Assembly: GCA_963777155.1 (NCBI GenBank) | Contig: CAVZPM010000038.1 | Coordinates: forward strand, 1 to 64,000 | Reading direction: 5' to 3' | Length of the DNA: 64,000 nt | From: Candidatus Bathyarchaeota archaeon | GTDB lineage: Archaea > Thermoproteota > Bathyarchaeia > Bathyarchaeales > Bathycorpusculaceae | In this document: one piece after another, positions 52,169 to 62,352 of the stretch | Layout of the letters: every line of letters begins with the position of its first letter | How positions within the stretch are numbered: the stretch's first letter is position 1 | Position numbers and translations under genes: made by a program | The notes under the pieces: generated by a model | Seen by the model: only the letters and a program-made list of their open reading frames with translations | The model's database searches: none | Told to the model about the DNA's origin: nothing

Positions 52169-54027
52169 ACTTCGACTTAAAAATCACGAAAAAAGACATC
52201 GTAACTATGATTCTGCTATCGATCGTCTTTTTTGGCATCGCTGTTTGGAATGTGGGAGAAGTAAAAGCGCCAGTGACAAATTGGCAGAGTACCACAACGC
52301 AGTATTTCTATATTGATTTAGGTTCAGTTCAGCATGTTCAGACGGTTTATTTTTGGGTTCAAAGCGGCAACGCCTCAGTCGAGGTTTCGTTAGGTACACC
52401 AGGAAACTGGAGCCACACCGGACAACTAACAAATGGGCTTCAACCTCGAGCTACAGACTATCAAGTCCAGCAATCTATAACTTTAGACGTTAACACACGG
52501 TATCTGGAATTCAACGTTTCAGCCCAAAACTACGATTCGAGACCTAACTTCTACTGGTCTGTTCCTAACCCCTCTGACCAGGAACCATCACCCTTCATCG
52601 CTGTCTCGGAAATCGGTGTATCAAACCCAGCCAACGAGCAAATTCCTATTGTTGGTATAACAGGGGAAAACGGCACAGACACAACCTTGACCAAACTTGT
52701 AGATGAGCAGGGTTTGCTTCAGATTCCGCCGACATATATGTCAAAAATGTATTTTGATGAAGTTTACTTTGCCAGATCAGCAGTCGAATTTGTCAACCAT
52801 CAAATACCTGAAGAGAGAACTCATCCAGATTTAGGAAAACTAATTCAGGCAGTTGGAGTGGCAGCCGTTGGGGTGACACCGTTTGGCTGGCGTATAATGG
52901 GAGTAATATTTGGCACTTTGATTGTTGCGGTTATGTACTTGTTGGGCAAGAAGCTGTTCGGAACATGGATTGGTGGGTTCTCAGCAGCGTTCCTGATCAC
53001 GTTTGACTTCATGCATTTCACAATGGCACGTATCGGAACCGTAGACACATACCTAATATTTTTCTCGTTGCTCTCCCAATTATTCTTCCTAATCTACCTA
53101 ACGAAAGTTCTCAGAGTTGGCTGGAAAAAAACTTCAATCTTGCCGTTGATGTTAGCTGTGGTTTTCTTCTCGCTAGGGTTCTCCACTAAGTTTGGGTTTC
53201 CGCTTTTTCCAGCGTTGGGTTTGCTTGTGTTACTTGCAGCAATTCGTCTACGGGAGATCCGGAAGCAAAATGGAAGTTTAGCCGACAAATACGTTGCTTT
53301 CTTTGACCATCCATTCCTGTTGCTTATAGCCTGCATCGGTCTTGTAGCTTTAATTTACTTCGCAACCTACATCCCCGACATGCTCTTTGGCGACTCGTTC
53401 CCGTCGATTGTTAAGTTGCAGTTTGCCATGCTTAGCTTCCACGGAGGCGCCGTTGTTGATTCATCTTCCGCGCCGTGGTGGTCTTGGCCCTTAATGTTGG
53501 GTACAGGCACAGTTCCAAGATGGTTTGACATAACATATCTGCCTAACAACGTTGTTTCTACAATTTCTGTTTTCGGTAACCCCGTGGTCTGGTGGGTTGG
53601 TTTTGCATTGATGCTTGTGCTCGCTGAAAGAGCAATCCATGGTAGAGCGTTAGTAGCGAACCTTTGGAGCAGAATCTCCAAGTCATCTGTGACACAACAG
53701 GTTAGCATACGTGGAAGCGGATGGGATTTGCCAGCTATCTTCATAGTTGTGGTGTTTGCCTTTTCTTGGTTGCCTTACGTTTTCATTGGCAGAGCAACCT
53801 ACATCTATCATTACTACCTCAGCGTGCCTCTGATTTGCCTGGCAACAACATACTTTATCAACAAATATTGGAGTACTCGACTGGGTAAAGTCGCTGCAAT
53901 AGCCATATTCGCGGGCGCAACGGCGATGTTTCTGCTCTTTTACCCTGTTATTTCAGGTGCTCCCGTCTCATCTTCCTTCATAAATGATTATCTCAGATGG
54001 TTCCCAAGCTGGGGGGCTTACGCGTAA
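52165..54027 (+). CDS. Protein O-mannosyltransferase-like (PMT/GT39) glycosyltransferase
   Basis: YFDEVYF, THPDLGKLI, FGWR, MARIGTVD, SAPWWSWP, GNPVVWW, YIYHY, FLLFYPVISG. Confidence 0.88.
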   Translation: MNFDLKITKKDIVTMILLSIVFFGIAVWNVGEVKAPVTNWQSTTTQYFYIDLGSVQHVQTVYFWVQSGNASVEVSLGTPGNWSHTGQLTNGLQPRATDYQVQQSITLDVNTRYLEFNVSAQNYDSRPNFYWSVPNPSDQEPSPFIAVSEIGVSNPANEQIPIVGITGENGTDTTLTKLVDEQGLLQIPPTYMSKMYFDEVYFARSAVEFVNHQIPEERTHPDLGKLIQAVGVAAVGVTPFGWRIMGVIFGTLIVAVMYLLGKKLFGTWIGGFSAAFLITFDFMHFTMARIGTVDTYLIFFSLLSQLFFLIYLTKVLRVGWKKTSILPLMLAVVFFSLGFSTKFGFPLFPALGLLVLLAAIRLREIRKQNGSLADKYVAFFDHPFLLLIACIGLVALIYFATYIPDMLFGDSFPSIVKLQFAMLSFHGGAVVDSSSAPWWSWPLMLGTGTVPRWFDITYLPNNVVSTISVFGNPVVWWVGFALMLVLAERAIHGRALVANLWSRISKSSVTQQVSIRGSGWDLPAIFIVVVFAFSWLPYVFIGRATYIYHYYLSVPLICLATTYFINKYWSTRLGKVAAIAIFAGATAMFLLFYPVISGAPVSSSFINDYLRWFPSWGAYA

Positions 54028-54770
54028 CTGCATCAACAAACAACCCCGTCCAATCTATCCAGATTTCGGTGGTTCTTCCTGCTTACAACGAAGTAGACTA
54101 TCTGCAGCCAGCGGTAGAAAAAACCATTCAAGCCCTAAAAGAGTTCACCGATTCCTATGAAATTATTATTGCTGAGGACGGCAGCATCGATGGCACGGCT
54201 CAGCAAGCAGATGAATTGGCGCAGAAGACTCCAGGAGTTAGACACATTCATCGTGAAAAGCGGCTGGGAAGAGGAACTGCCCTAAACAATGCGTTTAAGC
54301 ATAGCCGCGGGCAAGTTTTGGTCTACATGGATTTGGATTTAGCTACCAATCTTATCTATCTCAAACCGTTGGTTGAAGCCATAACCGTTGAAGGCTACGA
54401 TTTTTCAACAGGTTCAAGAATGCTTCCCCAAAGCAGAGCTGAACGCACCTTTAGTAGAAGTTTAAGTTCTAAAACTTACAATTTTCTGGTGCGACACATG
54501 CTTGGTTCTAAACTCTATGATCACCAATGTGGCTTTAAGGCCTTCAAACGCGAGCCCCTTTTGGAGTTGCTAGATAAGGTGGAGGCGACTCATTGGTTCT
54601 GGGACACAGAAATCTTGGTCAGAGCCCATAGGCGGGGTTTTAAGATAAAAGAGATTGCAGTAGAGTGGAAAAGCGGCAGGGGTACAAAAGTTAACCTGCT
54701 TAAGGATTCGTGGAAAATGTTCCGGCAGATAATGGGACTCTGGTGGAAACTAAAGATAAAGAAGAAATGA
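53997..54770 (+). CDS. GT2 polyprenol-phosphate sugar synthase (Dpm1-like)
   Basis: VVLPAYNE, EDGSIDGT, YMDLDL, GSR, DHQCGFKAF, WFWDTE. Confidence 0.92.
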   Translation: MVPKLGGLRVTASTNNPVQSIQISVVLPAYNEVDYLQPAVEKTIQALKEFTDSYEIIIAEDGSIDGTAQQADELAQKTPGVRHIHREKRLGRGTALNNAFKHSRGQVLVYMDLDLATNLIYLKPLVEAITVEGYDFSTGSRMLPQSRAERTFSRSLSSKTYNFLVRHMLGSKLYDHQCGFKAFKREPLLELLDKVEATHWFWDTEILVRAHRRGFKIKEIAVEWKSGRGTKVNLLKDSWKMFRQIMGLWWKLKIKKK

Positions 54771-54772
54771 AC

Positions 54773-55288
54773 TTAGCGCTTAGCTAATAAAACAAAACTG
54801 CGAGAAATCAGCGCTAAACCGAAGATGAGCATTATTCCTGCCCAGAAAACAAACCATTCGCTTGGTATAGTCATGTTAACTAGGTAGGTAATTATTAGGT
54901 AGCTTGTACCAAGCCAAAACACGATGTTTTCTATAGTTTCAGCTTTACGTGGAACAGGCGAGTGAAATCCAACCCTGAGCAATAAGATTATGATTTCTAA
55001 TATTCCTACTGCCAAAGCAAATTGGAAAGCTGCGATGTACAGATTTATATGGGCAGCTGGATCTGCGGGTGCAGGCAAAGAGATGCCGGTTGAAGGAACC
55101 ACGGAAAGCTTAAGTGATGTAAAAAAGTTCACCAAGTCGCTCCAAAGGTTATTCGATATATGAATGTAGTAAACTACAGCTAAAATTATGAATACGGAGC
55201 CGATGTAAATGGCGTTTAGGAGGCTTTCTTTTCGCTTATCTGCTAACGAACCTAAACCAAAGTCAATCTTCAAGCCAAGTTTCTCCAT
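54773..55288 (-). CDS. Hypothetical membrane protein
   Basis: Four TM segments. Confidence 0.75.
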   Translation of the reverse strand: MEKLGLKIDFGLGSLADKRKESLLNAIYIGSVFIILAVVYYIHISNNLWSDLVNFFTSLKLSVVPSTGISLPAPADPAAHINLYIAAFQFALAVGILEIIILLLRVGFHSPVPRKAETIENIVFWLGTSYLIITYLVNMTIPSEWFVFWAGIMLIFGLALISRSFVLLAKR

Positions 55289-55389
55289 TCGAAAATGCAG
55301 GGTTTGCCACATATATCTTTCTCTTTAAGCGGCATACTGCATGTTTTAAATACGTAAAGCAGATAAACTATTATTTGGGATGAAAATTC

Positions 55390-55809
55390 ATGTCGTATTG
55401 TCCAAAATGTGGCAATAAAGTGGATGAGACTATGGCTTTTTGCCCACGTTGCGGGGCTTCGTTAAAAACAACGGAACAAGTACACTCTACACCACCACCT
55501 GCTCAGCCATACCGGCGGCGGGATGAGAAATCAGAGAAAAATGAGAAGCAAGAAAAACAAGAGAAAAACCAAAGTTCCCAGCGTGGCGAAAAACAAGAGA
55601 AAGGCGAAAGCGGCTTTATTGGCTACTTAATTGGTGGACTTATTCTTGTCACTCTTGGTTTTTTCTCTGTGCTTCAGATAAGCGGTTACTTTACTGCAAG
55701 TTCTGGTCAAAGTTGGGCAGTTATGCTGTTAATCATTGGCATAATCATCATTGTTGGCGCTATCTATGTTGCTTTGATTGCACGTCGACGCTCTCCGCAA
55801 CCACCCTAA
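55390..55809 (+). CDS. Zinc-ribbon membrane protein with EKxEK linker
   Basis: YCPKCG...FCPRCG, EKSEKNEKQEKQEK, two TM segments. Confidence 0.85.
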   Translation: MSYCPKCGNKVDETMAFCPRCGASLKTTEQVHSTPPPAQPYRRRDEKSEKNEKQEKQEKNQSSQRGEKQEKGESGFIGYLIGGLILVTLGFFSVLQISGYFTASSGQSWAVMLLIIGIIIIVGAIYVALIARRRSPQPP

Positions 55810-56945
55810 ATTATCCTCCCTAAAAACGCTCGATAAAGCCGATGTTCTAGAAGTGTTGATGTTTTCTTTCTTCCGAATACTCGGTAATGGTTTTTTCCTG
55901 CAGCTTCAATCAAGTCTCCAATTTCGTAGCGTGGAAACATACATGAGGAAACAATCAAGCTACCCCATTCGCCCCTTCTTAGTTCATGCAACATCTTGAT
56001 ACCCCTGCCCGTTGCAACTTCAAACAAATATGAGTCGTAGTTTGGGGTAATGTAGGGTAAGTCGTCGAGTTGTTGACCGAAGACTCCTTCTGTGGCAGTG
56101 TACATTTCCACAATTGGCACTTCGCCGAAATATTTTTTGAGGATAGGTCCATATTTGAAATGGATTTTAGGAACACTGGTGCAGAATATAGCTTGGGTTT
56201 TCCATAGATCTGCGGGCTTCTTTCCGTATTTGCGTTTAATGTATCTGGCGAAGGACAGGATTACGGGGGTTACACCCATGGCTGCAGTAACATTTTGGTT
56301 TTGAGCCATCTGGTATGCAAGGTCGAAGCGTTTCTCCCAGTCTGCTCTGCCGACACCACTTCCTAAAACGTCGATTTCTTCTTGTCTCGGAAGAAGACTT
56401 ACTCTGTCAAACATCGGGTTAAGCCGTGCATAGGTTCCTGAACTGTAGCCATATGTAACTTGTTTGCCGTCAACTTCCATGGTGTGGACATTTGAGGGAA
56501 AATTTAAGTTGAGTATTACACCCATAAAGACCTCATAGCTTTTTTTCCTAACGGCATAGTTGATGAGTCCTCTTGCGCCACAACTATAGATTTGTTTTAG
56601 GTGGGTTTGAGTTGCAGGTAGGACTTTCGATTGTCCTGTTGATCCTCGTGTCATAACCCAGGTTTCTGGCGGTTCAGACAAAAATGCCTTGTAACTGCGT
56701 TCTTTTACCTGAATCAGATATGGAGTGAGCTCTGAATAATTAATTATGGGAAAATTAGCACGATAATCAGAAATGTTTTTGACTTGGGAGACATTGTGAC
56801 TTTGGCCATATTCAGTTGTCTGATATTTCTGAACCAAATCATCAAGCACCTGTCTCTGTGCTTTCTCAGGATTTTCGATTGAGTCATACCATGGTTGAAC
56901 GTATGGTCGCAATATACTGTTCACAGCATCTTGGTCAGGTAACAT
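55806..56945 (-). CDS. GH3 auxin-responsive family (acyl-adenylate) protein
   Basis: TEYG, TRGSTGQSK, EMYTATEG, RYEIGDLI, VFGR. Confidence 0.88.
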   Translation of the reverse strand: MLPDQDAVNSILRPYVQPWYDSIENPEKAQRQVLDDLVQKYQTTEYGQSHNVSQVKNISDYRANFPIINYSELTPYLIQVKERSYKAFLSEPPETWVMTRGSTGQSKVLPATQTHLKQIYSCGARGLINYAVRKKSYEVFMGVILNLNFPSNVHTMEVDGKQVTYGYSSGTYARLNPMFDRVSLLPRQEEIDVLGSGVGRADWEKRFDLAYQMAQNQNVTAAMGVTPVILSFARYIKRKYGKKPADLWKTQAIFCTSVPKIHFKYGPILKKYFGEVPIVEMYTATEGVFGQQLDDLPYITPNYDSYLFEVATGRGIKMLHELRRGEWGSLIVSSCMFPRYEIGDLIEAAGKNHYRVFGRKKTSTLLEHRLYRAFLGRII

Positions 56946-57020
56946 AACTCTCGCTAAGTCTTTGTCATGGTTTTGCTTATATGCTTCTCCACTAATAGAC
57001 TAAAAATAGGTTGAAGCATC

Positions 57021-57944
57021 ATGGCAGAAATAGTTAAAGACACAGCGGAAAGAATAAGAATGCTCCAAGTTCAAGGCGCCCGAAACGTCGCCATAGCCGC
57101 TGTCAAAGCCATCCAAACACAAGCAGAAAAAACCAGAGCAAAAAACAAAGCCGCCTTTCTATCTGAACTTAAGGAAGCCCAAACCATCTTTGTTGCTTCC
57201 AGAGAAACTGAGCCATTGATGCGAAACGCCATTCGCTTCATAAACACAAAAGCCCAAGGTGCAGATACAGAAAAAGTTGCGGAGTTGAGCCGTCTGGTGT
57301 CTTCTGCCGCAAACCAGTTTTTGACTGAGTTGGATGCGTCAAGGGAACGCGTTGCAGAAATAGGCGCAAAACGAATCTGGGATGGCATGGTTATTTTTAC
57401 CCACTGTCACTCCTCAACCGTAACACGTATGATGGCTAAGGCAAAAAACCAGGGCAAAAATTTCAAGGTAATCTGCACCGAGACGCGCCCTGCCTTTCAG
57501 GGAAGAATAACCGCCAAAGAGCTTGTGGACTTAGGCATTGAAACCACATTTATTGTTGATTCGGCAACGCGAACTTTCATTGGTGATGCAGACTTTGTGG
57601 TTGTCGGTGCAGACGCAATAACCTCCGAGGGCAATGTCGTAAACAAGATTGGAACAAGCGCTATTGCAGTACTAGCCCATGAGGCCCGCAAACCGTTCTA
57701 TGCGGTTTCGGAACTCCTTAAGTTTGATCCGGAAACCCTTGGCGGCGAATGTGAAAAAATCGAGCAAAGAAGCCACACAGAAGTTTGGAGCGAAGCGCCA
57801 CCAAAGCTTACCATAAGAAATCCCGCTTTCGATGTCACCCCAAACCGTTACATTCACGGCCTAATTTGTGAAGAAGGTATAATCGCTCCACAAGTGGTCG
57901 TGGAAGTTATGCGTCGCAGGTTTCCATGGGTTTTCCTCTCTTAA
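57021..57944 (+). CDS. Ribose-1,5-bisphosphate isomerase (eIF2B family)
   Basis: VQGA, THCHSS, ETRPAFQGR, VGADAI, NKIGT, NPAFDVTP. Lies near rbcL and AMP phosphorylase. Confidence 0.88.
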   Translation: MAEIVKDTAERIRMLQVQGARNVAIAAVKAIQTQAEKTRAKNKAAFLSELKEAQTIFVASRETEPLMRNAIRFINTKAQGADTEKVAELSRLVSSAANQFLTELDASRERVAEIGAKRIWDGMVIFTHCHSSTVTRMMAKAKNQGKNFKVICTETRPAFQGRITAKELVDLGIETTFIVDSATRTFIGDADFVVVGADAITSEGNVVNKIGTSAIAVLAHEARKPFYAVSELLKFDPETLGGECEKIEQRSHTEVWSEAPPKLTIRNPAFDVTPNRYIHGLICEEGIIAPQVVVEVMRRRFPWVFLS

Positions 57945-58093
57945 CCTGCCAAATTGCTTACTATCGATCGCCTGTTTTACGTTGGATTAGTACAAAATAG
58001 TGTGTGAAGGATAACTGGTGAAAACTGAAATATTAGCCCTTAAAAAACATAAAATAAAAAAAGGAGAGATTGTTTTTTGTTTGTGTGGTTTTT

Positions 58094-60643
58094 TTATGGT
58101 CGTTTCTTCATCATCATTACTACTAGTAGAACTAGTACTATGATGATTAAGACGAATAGACCTGCAATTGCTGGTACGAAGTATGTGTCAGCTGTTGATG
58201 CTGGTGTTGGTGTTGGTGCTGTGGTTGCTGCTGGTTGGTCTTCAACGAAGAAGGCGCTTTGAGCGACTGATCCATAGTATGCTTCAGAGCCTGCGAAGGT
58301 GACGTAGACTGTGTATGAGCCTGAGATGTCTGGTTTCCAGTTGAGTTTGTATGCGCCTGTGAGGTCGCTTGTGGTTGTGCCAACTACACGGTAGTTTCCG
58401 TTAGCGTCAAGGACACTAACAGTTAATGGAACACCACTTGCGTTGTTTGGACATTCGAATTGCTTGTAGACATAGAGCATCCATGCACTTTGGCTTGCGT
58501 CAGAGACTGCTGGAACACCATTGGGGAACCGTGTTTTTAATGCGTCTGTTTGAGTGCCTGCTGAAGTGTCGACTACTGTGCCCTTTATAACGACAGTTTT
58601 GCCGAATTCAACTGACACGTCAGGAGCTGTTACTGTTAGTGCTGTTGGTCCTTTGCCGATTGCGTAGATACGTTGGTCGTATGTGTCCATGGTTGCTATG
58701 ATGCTGTCGCCGATGATGCCGTTACCGCCCCAGCGGGTTTCACGGTACATACCGTTAACACGCCAAATTTCTGATGCCGTCAGTTGCGTTGATGCATATG
58801 TATGGTCCGCCTCTTGGTATTGGTTGTTCAGCTGAGTGCTCAAGGGTGCCGATATAGATTTTACCGTCAGCAATCAAGTCAATCCAGCCCCACCAGTTCT
58901 CGCCAGTGACAGGTTCATTGTATGGGTCAGTCATTTGGTAGGTCCATGTTGTTGCGCCAGTCTTCAGGTCGTAAGCATATAGTATGCCTGCGACACCGAC
59001 TGAGTAGAGTTTGCCGTATGCATAGTACCAGGTGTGTTCAACGTTGCCCCAGCCGTACATGTCTAAGTAGTTTTCAGAGGCAGTTGCCCATAGGTATTGG
59101 CCGGTTTCAACGCTAAAGGCGTAGTGGGTTCTTAGTTCTTTGTCCCAGACTGCGATGACGCCGTCTTTGACATAGTTGGTTGCGCCGGAATAGTGCAGTG
59201 TGTTTGAGCCAGAGAGCCATTCAGAAGGTGCTGCCCAAAATACATTGAAGAGCAATGATGTTGATGTTGAAGTTTTTGTTAAGCCTGCGAGGTTTAGTGC
59301 CCATACTTCAACGGTGGTTTGGTTGAAGTAGATTGACATAATTCTGTCATTGTTGTAGACTTTTGCAAATGGTGCAAAGAAGGATGTGCCAGCTGTAATT
59401 CCTGAGGGGATTGTTACGTTCCATGAGTAGGATTTTGGATTTGTTGCAACGAGTGTCTTTCCGTGTACGTTGCTTGCCCAACTACCCAAGTCTGGAGAGT
59501 TTACGGTTGTAGTCTGTAGTCCACAAAGTGTTGAGTTCCAAAGTGCCATCCAATGGTTTTGGAAGTCTATTTGGTAGATTAGAATTTCACCGCTTGGACC
59601 GCGAACAGTAGCTATGCCTGAAGGAACGTTTGTGAAGGTGAATTCCCATGATCCGTCAAAAGGATCGTATGCATTCCATGTTGTGCCTTGGTTTGCGTAG
59701 ACGTATGTGTATACACCGTCGACGTTGTAGCTGTTCCAGTATAGAATTTGGCCGAATGATAGTGCTGTATTGTTCTTGAACCAGAGATCTTTTCCTGTGT
59801 GCAGGTCAACTGCTTTTATGCCTTGTACACCAAGAGTGCTGCTGTATGTTCCTCCTGGTGCGACGTTGTAGTAGAGTATACCGTTCATTATTATTGAGCC
59901 ACTGAATTTGCCTTCGTATGCGTCGCCTGATTCAGAAGATGCTGGAACTTGTCCATCGCCCCACAGTCCACCGGTTAAACCGCCAGTGGTTAAGTCTTTA
60001 GCCCATAGAGTGTGTGCGGTGGTTGGTGCATCATCATTGTAGAGTGCTATTGAGTTTTCTGGTATTGTCACCCAGTTGCCTGAGATGGAGTACCATTCTC
60101 TTAGCTGTGGATCGATTGGGCGACTCCAGTATTCAGTTGGAAGAGCATGACCTGGATAAGATAGTAATGGTTCAGTGGTGACTTCAAGGGTCATTGTGGC
60201 TGTGCTTGCTAGCATTACTGTGCCTGGGAGCAATGTAGGAGCCTCGTTCAAAGTCCATGAATCCAGGGACTGCTACTGTGTTGTTGGGGAAGTTTGTCGT
60301 TATCGTATAGTTTCCTTCCTGGGTTGGTGTGTATGTTGTGAAGCTTGAGCCTGTGGAGTCTGTGCTGAATGGGCCAAGTGTTTCTGTGGTGCCGTCAGGT
60401 TTTACAACAGTTATTGTAATACCTGTCCACTTTCAGATCGGCGGAGCCTAAGGCTTGAGAGATACCGAATTTGAGTAGTGTTTCTTGTCCAACTCCTGTT
60501 GGGCTGGGTATTGCGTCAGCTATGGCGTAGGTTTTCTGTGTAATTGCTGCCTGTGCATTTACAGGGCTTATGTGTACCGATGTTACAACGGACATTAGAA
60601 ATGCAAATATCAATAACATTCCGATTGCATTTTTTGTTTTCAA
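58094..60643 (-). CDS. Second PQQ-like beta-propeller surface protein, multiple frameshifts
   Basis: Three ORF pieces paralogous to 32622-35324 (LPTEYWSRP, GKGPT, FPNGVP, WKPDISG, TM-KKRP). Confidence 0.85.
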
Positions 60644-61048
60644 TTTTTTTTCCTCTTTGTATTTTTCTTTCTATCTTTTTTGAATAGGTAAACTATGTTT
60701 TATTCAAACAAAGGATTACCTATCTGCAAATCTATCATAAAATTCGCTTATAAGACTTTCTGGCAAGCGGTCACTGTCACCTGAGAAAAACGCCAATTTT
60801 TCATTGTAATGGCTAAAATGACAATGTCTTAAACATCTCAGGACCATGATAGGCACTACATAAGAAGGAAAGTCTACTTCTAATACGCACCGCAATAATT
60901 GTCCTATAGACCTCTTTTAACTCTGCTCAAGGAGCAGAATTTTTCATCACTGGAATCAGAAGCACACTTTTTCAGAAAAACTATACAGAGGAGTATTTGG
61001 GAGAGATTCTGTTCCGCTATAAACATGCGTGATAGATCTGTTGATAGT

Positions 61049-62272
61049 CTATACTTTCCATCGTTTTAGTGCATCATCAAGTTCCTGATGACTCTTTGCA
61101 TATTCATCAAGGGTTTTGCCTTCCAAAGTGGCGTCAACGGCTTGACGCATTGCTGTGGCACCACAGATTGTTCCATTTGGATGCCCATGGATGCCGCCGC
61201 CTGCTTGGATGACTAAGTCGTTGCCGAAAGTCGACATCAGAGCAGGAACCAAACGAGGATGTAACCCGCCACTTGCAACAGGCAAAACTGGCTCAAGATC
61301 GCCCATTTCTGCTTTGCAGGAAGATATGTTTTCGAGGACTTCGGCTTTGGTTTCCGACATTTTACCGACAACCGTTCCGACGTGGAGTTGGTCTACGCCA
61401 ATGATTCTGGCGACTGACGCGATGGGTTTCATGGAGATACCGTGCTGCTGGTTTTTGGTGAAAGCAGCGTGTCCAGCGCGGTGGGCGTGAATGACGAGTT
61501 TGAAGTTTTGGTCTCTTAGCGTTTGGAGGGCTGACCATCCACATGTGAGAATATCCACCATGACGTATTCGCCACCTTGGTCAAGGACGCTTTGGGCGCG
61601 CTTAAGCATGGTGTTTGTTTCTGCAGTGATGTTTATCATGTAGACTTTACGTTCACCTGTTTCTTTTTGGGCTTTGTCTCGGCTCTCCAAAGTCTGTATC
61701 AAGCGGGTTTCAAACGGGTTGAAACTCTGGCTACTCAGGTTTTCATCATCCTTTACAATGTCGCAGCCGCCTAGCCACGCCTCATATGCCACTTTAGCAT
61801 GGTCTTTGGTCTCTAACCCAAGTTTAGGTTTGATTATTGTTCCTACCAGTGGACGCTTGGGAACTTTGAGGAGCTTACGGATTCCGCTGATCCCAAAGGC
61901 TGGACCTTTAAAGCTATCTAAAAGTTGTTTTGGGAATTCTATGTTAAGTAGACGTAGGTTTTTTAGTGCTTTTAAGCCAAAAACGTTTCCTGCTATGCTA
62001 CTTAGGATATTTGGCATGTTAGCTGGTTCAAAAAGTTCGGGAGGATATGCTATTTTTACTACGTTATCTTCGATTCTAAAGACGTGGGCAGCAAGTCGCT
62101 TGACGTAGGGCTTCTCAGTGGTTAGTTCTGTCCATGTGCCCACTGAACTCTCCGCCGCCACACCTCCTGCAGCTTCCTTTAGGCTTAAGCCTTCGGGGTC
62201 AACTTGAAAAGTACACACCAATTCTGTTTCTTTGGGTTCGTAGGTTAAATCGACAAAGTCAAGATACTTCAA
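61049..62272 (-). CDS. rbcL: RuBisCO form III large subunit
   Basis: AAESSVGTW, GTIIKPKLGL, DIVKDDE, HAHRAGH, GKM, ASGGLH, QAGGGIHGHP. Confidence 0.95.
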   Translation of the reverse strand: MKYLDFVDLTYEPKETELVCTFQVDPEGLSLKEAAGGVAAESSVGTWTELTTEKPYVKRLAAHVFRIEDNVVKIAYPPELFEPANMPNILSSIAGNVFGLKALKNLRLLNIEFPKQLLDSFKGPAFGISGIRKLLKVPKRPLVGTIIKPKLGLETKDHAKVAYEAWLGGCDIVKDDENLSSQSFNPFETRLIQTLESRDKAQKETGERKVYMINITAETNTMLKRAQSVLDQGGEYVMVDILTCGWSALQTLRDQNFKLVIHAHRAGHAAFTKNQQHGISMKPIASVARIIGVDQLHVGTVVGKMSETKAEVLENISSCKAEMGDLEPVLPVASGGLHPRLVPALMSTFGNDLVIQAGGGIHGHPNGTICGATAMRQAVDATLEGKTLDEYAKSHQELDDALKRWKV

Positions 62273-62352
62273 AGAGTAATCCTCGCGTCTGCTAATGAGA
62301 AATGGGGTTTCCTTAAAATCTTTAACTATTTCCCAGCTTAATTGGTATTGAC

